DNA of 15,744 nt from Octopus sinensis (lineage: Eukaryota), in the NCBI RefSeq assembly GCF_006345805.1, contig NW_021825333.1, forward strand, positions 1-15,744. The letters run 5' to 3'. Below are positions 1-9,192 of the stretch, piece after piece. The notes under the pieces were generated by a model. That model ran no database searches. It was not told the DNA's origin and saw nothing but the letters and a program-made list of their open reading frames with translations. Numbering within the stretch: position 1 is the first letter of the stretch; every line of letters begins with the position of its first letter. A program made the position numbers and the translations under genes.

Positions 1-356
1 GTTCAGTCCCACTGCGTTGCACCTTGGGCAAGTGTCTACTGCTATAGCCGACCAAAGCCTTGAGCGTGGATTTGGTAGACGGAAACTGAAAAGAAGCCCG
101 TCGTATATATGTATATATATATATATATATATGTATGCGTGTATGTTTGTGTGTTTGTGTTTGTCCCTCTAGCATTGCTTGACAACCGATGCTGGTGTGT
201 TTACGTCGCCGTCACTTAGCGGTTCGGCAAAAGAGACCGATAGAATAAGTACTGGGCTTACAAAGAATAGGTCCCGGGGTCGATTTGTTCGATTAAAGCC
301 GGTGCTCCAGCATGGCCGCAGTCAAATGACTGAAACAAGTAAAAGAGTAAAAGAGT
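1..356 (+). mobile_element. SINE family A copy, 5' end cut by window edge
   Basis: Starts inside B-box GTTCAGTCCC, then CCTTGGGCAAG box, internal (TA)/(TG) tract ~104-160, 3' body and (GTAAAAGA)n-like tail. Near-identical to 2440-2858 and 8687-9106. Confidence 0.92.
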
Positions 357-450
357 ATATGAGTGTATGTGTGTGTGTGTGTGTGGAATTGTCGGTCACT
401 TAGACTAAACTACAACATGGTCTTTATCTGTAATTTAAAGGGCAAACCAT

Positions 451-617
451 GTCTGTCTGTATTTCTCTCTTCCTGTCTCTCACTCTGTCTGTTGGCCTCT
501 CTTTCTCTGTCTCTCTCTTTCTGTCTTTCTCTCTCTTTCTCTCTGTCTCTCTCTTTCTGTCTGTCGCTGTGTCTCTTTTTCTGTCTCTCTCTTTCTCTCT
601 GTCTGTCTCTTCTTGTC

Positions 618-651
<34 letters not shown>

Positions 652-832
652 CGTTTGTCTCTTACTGTCTCTTAGTCAGTCTTTCTCACACACACAGACA
701 CACACACACACATACACACACATACACACACACACACAGACACACACACACATACACACACAGACACAGACACACACATACACACAGACACATATACACA
801 CACACGCACACACACATACACACACTCATACA

Positions 833-873
<41 letters not shown>

Positions 874-884
874 ACACACACACA
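451..884. repeat. Compound imperfect (CT)n then (CA)n microsatellite
   Basis: CT-rich 451-686 with CTGT variants; CA-rich 687-884 with CAGA/CATA variants. Confidence 0.95.
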
Positions 885-1127
885 GTGCCGGTTAGTATTA
901 CGTTAAAAGCTCTCGCGTCTGTGGGATACCCAGTCTCATAAACAGACCAACTCAAAAAATGCCCCATCGTCCCAAAACTGACATTTTTACGGTTTTCCTG
1001 TAATTGACCGACAGAGATTATATTACTCAAACTTTATGTCTTATAATAGATACTATCTAAATATTCCGTTAGAATGGCGAAAGCTGTTAAAATTTCTACG
1101 TATTTGAGTTTTAGTTTATTAACCTGG

Positions 1128-1224
1128 AGTGGTGGTAGTGGTATAGGTGGTGGTGGTGGTGGTGGTGGTGGTGTGGTGTAGTAGGAGTACAGAAAAGTGA
1201 GGTGTGCTGACCTATCATTACCAC

Positions 1225-1262
<38 letters not shown>
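1128..1262. repeat. (GGT)n tract and (TA)n tract
   Basis: GGT repeats ~1128-1180; TA repeats ~1228-1261. Confidence 0.9.
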
Positions 1263-1272
1263 TTTTTTTTTT

Positions 1273-1480
1273 ACTTTTTACTCTTTTACTTGTTTCAGTC
1301 ATGTGACTGTGGCCATGCTGGAGCACCGCCTTTAGTCGAGCAAATCGACCCCAGGACTTATTCTTTGTAAATCTAGTACCTATTCTATCGGTCTCTTTTT
1401 TGCCGAACCGCTAAGTTACGGGGATGTAAACACACCAGCATTGGTTGTCAAGCGATGTTGGAGGGACAAACGCAGACACA

Positions 1481-1526
<46 letters not shown>

Positions 1527-1676
1527 CATATATACGACGGGCTTCTTTCAGTTTCCGTCTACCAAATGCACTCACAAGGCTTTGGTCGGCCCGAGGCTAT
1601 AGTAGAAGACACTTGCTCAAGGTGCCACGCAGTAGGACTGAACCCGGAACCATGTGGTTGGTACACAGTCACTCCT
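1273..1676 (-). mobile_element. SINE family A copy with a ~16-nt deletion in the tRNA-like head
   Basis: Reverse complement of family A from tail (tactcttttacttgtttcagtc) to head (actcct). Lacks aagcaagctacttacc, which is present in 2875-3027. Confidence 0.92.
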
Positions 1677-1708
1677 ACATATGTATTGTATATATTTATA
1701 TTTAGATA

Positions 1709-1986
1709 TGTGAAGGCGCGTGGTTAGGGTGCTGCATTCACGATCGTCGGATCATGGGTTCGATTCCTGGGCGGCGTGCTATGTCCTTGATCAAAGCATT
1801 TTATTTCACATTGTTCCAGTTCCCTCAGCTGTAAGTAAGCAAGCTTGCGGCGAGTTACCCCTTCCAATTGAGGGTAAATGTTAGTGCTGCTCGCCTCGTC
1901 AGTAGGGTGTCAGCATTCGAAAGCCCAAATATTAGCATTGTGACCAGCGATGTATAACAACGTCCGATAGTCTAGCTGGTTCTGTG

Positions 1987-1987
<1 letters not shown>
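1709..1987 (+). mobile_element. Older tRNA-derived SINE (family E), head related to family D
   Basis: B-box GGTTCGATTCC at 1757-1767. Head gtgaaggcgc..ttagggtgctgcattcacgatcgtcggatc aligns with the head of 11002-11383, with an A-box deletion. CCTTGATCAA box ~1785. The 3' extent (to the CA tract) is less certain. Confidence 0.7.
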
Positions 1988-2019
<32 letters not shown>

Positions 2020-2110
2020 TATATGAATAGATACAACACATACACACACATGTATATACATGTGTGTGTATGTCTGTGCGCGCACGCGTGCATAAAATGC
2101 CAACACGTAT

Positions 2111-2335
2111 TACTCTTTTACTCTTTTACTTGTTTCAGTCATTTGACTGCGGCCATGCTGGAGCACCGCCTTTAATCAAGCAACTCGACCCTGGCACTTA
2201 TTCTTTTGTAAGCCCAGTACTTATTCTATCGGTCTCTTTTGCCGAATCGCTAAGTAATGGGGACATAAACACACAAGCATCGGTTGTCAAGCAATGCTAG
2301 GGGGACAAACACAGACACATAAACACACACACACT
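2111..2335 (-). mobile_element. SINE family A, 3' half only (probable partner of 2875-3027)
   Basis: Reverse complement of tail and 3' body, ending in the central (CA)/(TA) linker. Confidence 0.9.
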
Positions 2336-2439
2336 ACATACGTATATATAATATATATATATAATATATATATATATATATAAATGCTTTCAGACAGTTT
2401 TCTATTTTTCTAATCAGTATATATATATATATATATATA

Positions 2440-2858
2440 GGCGCAGGAGTGGCTGTGTGGTAAGTAGCTTGTTTACCAGCCACATGGTTCCGGGTTCAGT
2501 CCCACTGCGTGGCACCTTGGGCAAGTGTCTTCTACTATAGCCTCGGGCCGACCAAAGCCTTGTGAGTGGATTTGGTAGATGGAAACTGAAAGAAGCCCGT
2601 CGTATGTATGTATATATATATATGTATGCGTGTGTGTATTTGTGTGTGTGTGTTTGTCCTCCTAGCATTGCTTGACAACCGATGCTGGTGTGTTTATGTC
2701 CCCGTTACTTAGCGGTTCGGCAAAAGAGACCGATAGAATAAGTACTGGGCTTACAAAAGAATAAGTCCCGGGGTCGAGTTGCTCGATGAAAGGTGGTGCT
2801 CCAGCATGGCCGCAGTCAAATGATTGAAACTAATAAAAGAGTAAAAGAGTAAAAGAGT
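2440..2858 (+). mobile_element. SINE family A, full-length copy
   Basis: Head GGCGCAGGAGTGGCTGTGTGGTAAG (A-box-like), B-box GGTTCAGTCCC, CCTTGGGCAAG box, internal TA/TG tract, 3' body, three GTAAAAGA-like tail units. TA tracts on both sides. Confidence 0.95.
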
Positions 2859-2874
2859 ATATATATACATATAT

Positions 2875-3027
2875 ACGACGGGCTTCTTTCAGTTTTCGTC
2901 TACCAAATCCACTCACAAGGCTTTGGTCGGCTCGAGGCTACAGTAGAAGACACTTGCCCAAGTGGGACTGAACCCGGAACCATGTGGTTAGTAAGCAAGC
3001 TACTTACCACACAGCCACTCCTGCGCC
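2875..3027 (-). mobile_element. SINE family A, 5' half only
   Basis: Reverse complement of head through gaagcccgtcg. 11-nt deletion (gtgccacgcag) at an AG microhomology near 2961. Confidence 0.9.
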
Positions 3028-3095
3028 TATATGTGTATCTTAGTCTCAAAATTCTTCATACATGCACAGCACAGACCACTGACACGTTTCTAACC

Positions 3096-3137
<42 letters not shown>

Positions 3138-3279
3138 TAGAGATATATGGTGACCGACACCCCACTCACACACTCGTGCCCACGCCTGTGGATTCTGGAA
3201 CAAAAGCTGTTACCAGGTTTACTTACATAATTATGTAATATAAAATATCTGTATTGCTCTAACACCTGTTGCTACGTTG

Positions 3280-3328
3280 TTGTTACTGTTATTGTAGTTG
3301 TAGTTGTATTCGTCGTCGTAGTTGTTGT

Positions 3329-3372
<44 letters not shown>
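3280..3372. repeat. (GTT/GTA)n grading into (GAT)n
   Basis: Direct reading. Confidence 0.9.
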
Positions 3373-3374
<2 letters not shown>

Positions 3375-3545
3375 TGTTGATGTTTGCCCAGTTATCGATG
3401 CTGATCCAGAAGAATTAGGAGAAATTACATCACAGCTGTGATCGTATCGTCTTTTTTCATTACAGACGTCGTATTTCGTGAGCGACATTATTAGCACAAT
3501 ATGGCGTCCCATGATTTTTTAAATGATGGATACGATTAGAGAAAC

Positions 3546-3615
3546 AGATAGACAGATAGAGAGAGAGAGAGAGAGAGAGGGAGAGGCAGGAGAGAGAGGG
3601 AGAGAGAAAGAGAGA
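3546..3615. repeat. (GA)n microsatellite
   Basis: Direct reading. Confidence 0.9.
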
Positions 3616-3857
3616 TTTGATCGTCAACTCTAATAAACCGAATGACCGCATAATTGTTCATATGTTGCGCGTGTGTTGTTGTTGTTGTTGTTTAGCCCAA
3701 GGTCGGATCCCACTAAGTAGATCATTAAGTATTCCAGCCGTAATTGTACCGATTTTGTTTTCTTGATATCTGTGAGTGGCAATCTCCAAAGTGTCTTTCC
3801 TTGTTTCAGTGATGCAATACACAACAGAATATATCTATACAATTGTAGACAACATTA

Positions 3858-4440
3858 TACATACATACATAAATACATACCTACATACATACATACATGC
3901 ATACATACATGCATGCATACATACATACATATATGCATACATACATACATACATACATGCATACATACATGCATACATACCTACATACATACATACATAC
4001 ATACATACACACACATACATACATACATACATGCATACATACATGCATACATATGTGTGTACATACATACTTACATACACACACATACGTAATACATACA
4101 TGCATTCATACATACATACATACATACATATGTGTGTACATACATACTTACATACACACACATACGTAATACATACGTGCATTCATACATACATACATAC
4201 ATACATATGTGTGTACATACATACTTACATACACACACATACGTAATACATACATGCATTCATACATACATATGTGTGTACATACATACTTACATACACA
4301 CACATACGTAATACATACATACATACATGCATACATACATACATACATGCATTCATACAATACATACATACATACATACATACATACATACATGCATACA
4401 TACATACACACATACATACATACATACATACATACATACA

Positions 4441-4470
<30 letters not shown>
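3858..4470. repeat. (CATA)n array containing four 65-77 bp higher-order units
   Basis: Marker atatgtgtgtacatacatacttacatacacacacatacgtaatacatac starts at 4051, 4128, 4205 and 4270. Confidence 0.95.
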
Positions 4471-4471
<1 letters not shown>

Positions 4472-4597
4472 GTTCGTGCGTATATAATAAACACGTATAT
4501 TTATTAAAGTAAACAGTCTGACAGATGCCTTATAACGGTTTCGTACTGGTTACTAAAACTGGGTGTTAGTTAATATACGGTCAAATAACGCCTCGCG

Positions 4598-4930
4598 CTC
4601 TTCAGGGACGGCTAGTATGGTAAAATATGGCGACTTAACAACAACATATATTTTAGTTTTGACGTTATTGTTAGTGTTACAATGAAGAGAGATGGTTCCT
4701 CGATAGGCAACTGGTTGAACTGTGATTGGTGAGTGGTGGTTAGTTTCTTAGGTGTTGCAAGAGAAAAAAAGTTATTTATTGTGATTCTAAACATGCGTCC
4801 GTTTAGAACGATGGTGCGAAGGAATAATGGTCCAGATCTGCAGGTTTTCTCTTGGATAATATCAATAGCATGGACAGAGGAGCCCTGTCTGCGTGAGCAA
4901 CTACCGGCTTACCTAACAAACAAATGATTT
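4598..4930 (-). mobile_element. Possible decayed PLE 3' end (GIY-YIG C-terminal region plus CTGAAGAG motif)
   Basis: A frameshifted reading HAID/ENLQIWTIIPSHHRSKR/CLESQ resembles the PLE H.IDW.N.KIL...R..LES..I pattern. CTGAAGAG lies downstream at 4605-4598. Weak, by eye only. Confidence 0.3.
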
Positions 4931-5039
4931 GGAGTTTGTGTATACCAGCGCAAATATGATCAACTTTGATCGACTAAATTTCTACATAAAAAATGTGTGT
5001 GCGATGTTGTGGAAGTGTTGTGGTGCAGTGATCTTGTAG

Positions 5040-5740
5040 TATTGTGGGTGTGTCTGTGGTGTTAAGGGCATATCTGTGATATGGGCGTGTCTGTGATGCT
5101 GCGGGTGTATATATGGTGTTGTGAGTTCAGTTCAAGGTGTGTCCGACGTATTGTAGGTGTGTCAGTGGTGTTGTGGGTGTGTCTGTGGTGTTGTAGGTGT
5201 GTCTGTGGTGTTGTGGGTGTGTCTATGGTGTTGTGGGTGTGTCTGTGGTGTTGTGGGTGTATCTGTGGCGTTGCGGGTGTGTCAGTGGTGTTTTGGGTGT
5301 GTCTGTGGTGTTTTGGGTGTGTCTGCAGTGTTGTGGGTGTGTCTGTGGTGTTGTAGGTGTGTTTGTGATGTTGTGGATGTGTCTGTGGTGTTGTGGGTAT
5401 GTCTGTGGTGTTGTGGATGTGTCTGTGGTGTTATGGGTGTGTATTTGGTGTTTTGGGTGTGTCTGTGGTGTTGTAGGTGTGTCTGTGGTGTTGTGGGTGT
5501 GTCTGTGGTGTTGTGGGTATGTCTGTGGTGTTGTGGGTGTGTCTGTGGTGTTATGGGTGTGTATTTGGTGTTTTGGGTGTGTCTGTGGTGTTGTAGGTGT
5601 GTCTGTGGTGTTGTGGGTGTGTCTGTGGTGTTGTGGGCGTATATTGGTGTGTCTGTGGCGTCGTTGGTATGACTGTGGTGTTATGGGTGTGTCTGCGGTG
5701 TTGCGGGCGTGTCTGTTGTAGGCGAGTCTGCGGGGCTGTG
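5040..5740. repeat. 20-bp minisatellite (GTCTGTGGTGTTGTGGGTGT)n, roughly 35 units, with degenerate flanks
   Basis: 20-bp period in exact register across 5161-5640. Decayed units ~4995-5150 and ~5850-5995. Confidence 0.95.
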
Positions 5741-6073
5741 GATGTGTCTGTTGTGTTTTGTTGTTGTGTTCTTCTGTTTCTGTTTGTGGTATTCAAAGTA
5801 TATATGTGCTAATATGGATGTGTACGTGATGTTATGAGGGAATTTAAAGGGAATATGGGCGATTCCGTAGTGCTCTGGATGTATCTATGGGTTTCTGGGT
5901 GTGTTTGTAGTATTGCAGGTGTATACGTGGTATTGTGTGTGTGTCTGTGGAGTTGTGAGTGTGTCCAGGATGATTTGAGTGTCCTCTAATATCGTGGGTA
6001 GGCTCAACAAACAGGTTAACAGAACTCAAAACACCACTACATACATAACATACATACATACATACATACATTT

Positions 6074-6260
6074 GATTTTGTATCTAAAATCAATAACTCT
6101 TTTAAGCACCGAGGCCGTATCGAGAACTGTTTTTTGGTAACCATGGATGTTTCTTCCTTATATCCCAAATATTGACCACAATGAAGTGGGCAGAAGCATG
6201 CATGGATGCCTTCGAAAAGCGGTCAAATAAAAGTATTAGTGGTGAATAATTCCTCATCTC
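6074..6260 (+). pseudogene. Penelope-like element reverse transcriptase fragment (decayed)
   Basis: From 6074: DFVSKINNSFKHRGRIENCFLVTMDVSSLYP, +1 frameshift to NIDHNE, second frameshift to AEACMDAFEKRSNKSISGE*. Matches the PLE RT motif LVTMDVxSLYxNIxHxEG. Bounded by (CATA)n and (GAT)n. Confidence 0.8.
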
Positions 6261-6293
6261 TTAAACTGTAGATAGGACTCTTTAGTCACTTTG

Positions 6294-6294
6294 G

Positions 6295-6336
<42 letters not shown>

Positions 6337-6471
6337 CGATGGTGATGATGATGATGATGATGACGACGATGATCTTGATGACCATCTTGACTACAACGAT
6401 GATGATAATGATGATGTTAATGATGGTGTTAATGATGAAGATGATGATGATGATGATGGTGATGATGATAA

Positions 6472-6502
<31 letters not shown>

Positions 6503-6549
6503 AGTGGTGACAATGATGATGATGATGATGATAATGATGATGGTGATGG

Positions 6550-6607
<58 letters not shown>

Positions 6608-6701
6608 AACGACATGATGATGATGGTGATGGTGATGGTGATGATGATGATGATGATGATAGTGGTGGTGATGATGATGGTGACGATGATGATGAAGATG
6701 G

Positions 6702-6736
<35 letters not shown>

Positions 6737-6743
6737 GTGATGG

Positions 6744-6795
<52 letters not shown>

Positions 6796-6815
6796 TATGA
6801 TGATGATGATGATGA
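6294..6815. repeat. ~520-bp (GAT)n array with GGT/AAT/GAC variants
   Basis: Direct reading. One register shift near 6610-6614. Confidence 0.96.
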
Positions 6816-7212
6816 CGAATGAGAGAAATAATAAGCAAATGTAAAAGAAAACAATGACAACTGTATTCCATTATTATTTCATGTATGTTTGAGATAATGA
6901 TAGGTTTCACGGCTGAGACTCCAACACCGGCTGACTTCTTTGCCGAAATAACAGAACACAAAACAATAATTATCGCTCGTTCTGTTTAATTAAAACCTCA
7001 TTAATGCACTCACTGCAAACTCACTGGGATGACTTTCTGGACATGTGTGATCTCCAGTTGACGAAAACAAGTTTCTTTTATTTCTTTTAATATAAGTAGT
7101 TAGAAAATGAGTGGCGACAGAGTGAACAAACAGCACCTTTCATGTATATATATATATACCACACACACACACACACACACACACACACCACATATATATA
7201 TATATATATATA

Positions 7213-7460
7213 TTAGAGAGAAACCACTATGTGGACACCCTTATGCTAGAAATAGATGCGCTATGGTCTTACCACTCAGAAATGTTCTGAAGAAAAATTT
7301 AGCAAAACAACCAAAACGTAATCGAGCAAGACAAAAGAAAAAGCAATAAAATTAGGGATTATTCGCATACATGTTTCACTATTAACATATTACGTAATTT
7401 TACTTACATAAATGTCTGTAGATCATCGGTGCGACCGTCCACATAGTGGTTTCCCTCTGA
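7213..7460. mobile_element. MITE, 248 bp, 24-bp TIRs, TA TSD (Tc1/mariner-type signature)
   Basis: Left TTAGAGAGAAACCACTATGTGGAC (7213-7236); reverse complement of right end (7437-7460) TCAGAGGGAAACCACTATGTGGAC; 22/24 identical. TA at 7211-7212 and 7461-7462. Confidence 0.85.
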
Positions 7461-7692
7461 TATGTATATAATACAATTTTACTGAACCTTCAGTTTTTTT
7501 TATATGCTAGACCACTGGTGTGAAATCGATGTTAATTAATATCTAATTTCTCACCCTCATTTTAAATTCATATATTATATATATATATATATATTGATAA
7601 AACGGTAAGATAACAAAAGAAAGAAAGAGACCTCAATATTATGTAAATAGAGGAAATTTATCTATACAATATGTTACATTACTCGGTAGTCA

Positions 7693-7755
7693 AGATAAAA
7701 CTCTGAGTTTCACATGCCGAAGTGGAAATCCACAACACCATCTCTTCGGTTATCT
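7693..7755 (-). ncRNA. Minimal type I hammerhead-ribozyme-like motif (PLE type), variant or degenerate core
   Basis: Minus strand: AGATAA-CCGAAGA-G..(31-nt stem II)..T-GAAA-CTC-A-GAG-T-T-TTATCT. Perfect 6-bp stem I; quasi-palindromic stem III; GAxGA and GAAA core elements in correct order. Deviations: U4C, GUU triplet, imperfect stem II. Confidence 0.6.
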
Positions 7756-8110
7756 GGCTATTTGAAAACGTTATGAAAAAATACCGTTAAAAAAGAAGGG
7801 AAATTACTCTGTTATAACTCTGCTTTGCCTGCGTACTTATACATCGCTCACATTTTTCGTCATAAAAATTATATAAAAATACATAAAAATATATAAAAAT
7901 ATATAAAAATATATAAAATCTTCTTGGGACATAACACAGAAAGCATGTTCTATCCGTTTTCTTTAGGGGACCAAAAACGTAACAGAAATTTAGTGACACA
8001 CAATTTAAGAAACACACAAAGGCCGTTCGATTCACTTCAACATTTAAGTTTAATTTGTCAAAATATTTTCGTCGCTAAAATCCGCGACCTGTTCACTGAC
8101 AAAGTCCGTG

Positions 8111-8112
<2 letters not shown>

Positions 8113-8196
<84 letters not shown>

Positions 8197-8326
8197 ATAC
8201 ATATATATATATAAATATATGTATATATATATGTATATAAATATATATATATGTATATGTATGCATGCATGTATATGTATGTACGCATGTATCTATCTGT
8301 CTGTCTGTCTGTCTATCTATCTATCA

Positions 8327-8374
<48 letters not shown>

Positions 8375-8383
8375 CTCTCTCTC

Positions 8384-8423
<40 letters not shown>
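8113..8423. repeat. Compound (TA)n/(TATG)n/(CTAT)n/(CT)n/(TA)n
   Basis: Direct reading. Confidence 0.95.
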
Positions 8424-8424
<1 letters not shown>

Positions 8425-8455
8425 AAATAAGTAACATTTGATGGACAGGTGTCAG

Positions 8456-8499
8456 TTCATTACAGCTGTTTCTAACGAATGATTTAATTCATCTATGAG
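8456..8499 (-). other. Degenerate hammerhead-like motif
   Basis: Minus strand: TCAT-AGATGA-attaaatcattcgtta-GAAA-CAGCTG-T-A-ATGA. Palindromic stem III ACAGCTGT and GUA triplet present; 5' core and stem II decayed. Confidence 0.35.
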
Positions 8500-8686
8500 T
8501 GCATTATATCATTATAAAAAAAAACCGTTTTCTTTAGATGGATACAGGAATCTTAAAAAGTTTTTATATTCACGTTACATGCATATTTTGCGATTCCACG
8601 ATCGGCTCTTGCCGCAGAATGTAACTAACTAGGTGCATCACCTTTAAGTACTTTATTCACCAGAATCTTGTTATATTATAAATATA

Positions 8687-9106
8687 GGCGCAGGAGTGGC
8701 TGTGTGGTAAGTAGCTTGCTTACCAACCACATGGTTCCGGGTTCAGTCCCGCTGCATGGCACCTTGGGAAAGTGTCTTCTACTATAGCCTCGGGCCGACC
8801 AAAGCCTTGTGAGTGGACTTGGTAGACGGAAACTGAAAGAAGCCCGTCGTATATATATGTATTTATATATATTTGTGTGTGTGTGTCTGTGTTTGTCCCC
8901 CTAGCATTGCTTGACAACCGATGCTGGTGTGTTTATGTCGCCGTTACTTAGCGGTTCGGCAAAAGAGACCGATAGAATAAGTACTGGGCTTACAAAAAAA
9001 AAAAGAATAAGTCCCGGGGTCGAGTTGCTCGATTAAAGACGGTGCTCCAGCATGGCCGCAGTCAAATGACTGAAACAAGTAAAAGAGTAAAGAGAGTAAA
9101 GAGTAT
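8687..9106 (+). mobile_element. SINE family A, full-length copy
   Basis: Same architecture as 2440-2858, with an internal A-run expansion near 8995-9004. Preceded by tataaatata, followed by a TA tract. Confidence 0.95.
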
Positions 9107-9134
9107 ACATATATATATATATACACGCATATAT

Positions 9135-9189
<55 letters not shown>

Positions 9190-9192
<3 letters not shown>

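Noticed and set aside
2440-2512. Possible tRNA genes (also at 8687, 11383, 13817, 15536)
   Set aside because: A/B boxes are present, but each continues into a multicopy SINE body and the cloverleafs are imperfect. These are SINE heads.
3451-3483. Possible 12-nt micro-exon (cttttttcattacag|ACGTCGTATTTC|gtgagc)
   Set aside because: The signals are short enough to arise by chance. No transcript or conservation evidence is available.
363-4512. Many His/Thr/Tyr/Ile/Cys/Val-rich ORFs in the track
   Set aside because: They are translations of (CA)n, (CT)n, (TA)n and (CATA)n tracts that lack stop codons. No splice or domain evidence.
5040-5740. CRISPR-like regular repeat
   Set aside because: Units are directly tandem with no unique spacers, and the context is eukaryotic.
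5081-5812. Cys-rich ORFs resembling metallothionein or keratin-associated proteins
   Set aside because: All three frames are open because of the 20-bp G/T minisatellite. The period is not a multiple of 3.
6254-6961. Poly-His/Met/Ser/Ile ORFs
   Set aside because: Read-through of the (GAT)n array.
7287-7293. Isolated CTGAAGA/CTGATGA heptamers (also 10811-10817, 12775-12781)
   Set aside because: No compatible stem I/II/III or correctly placed GAAAC..UH.
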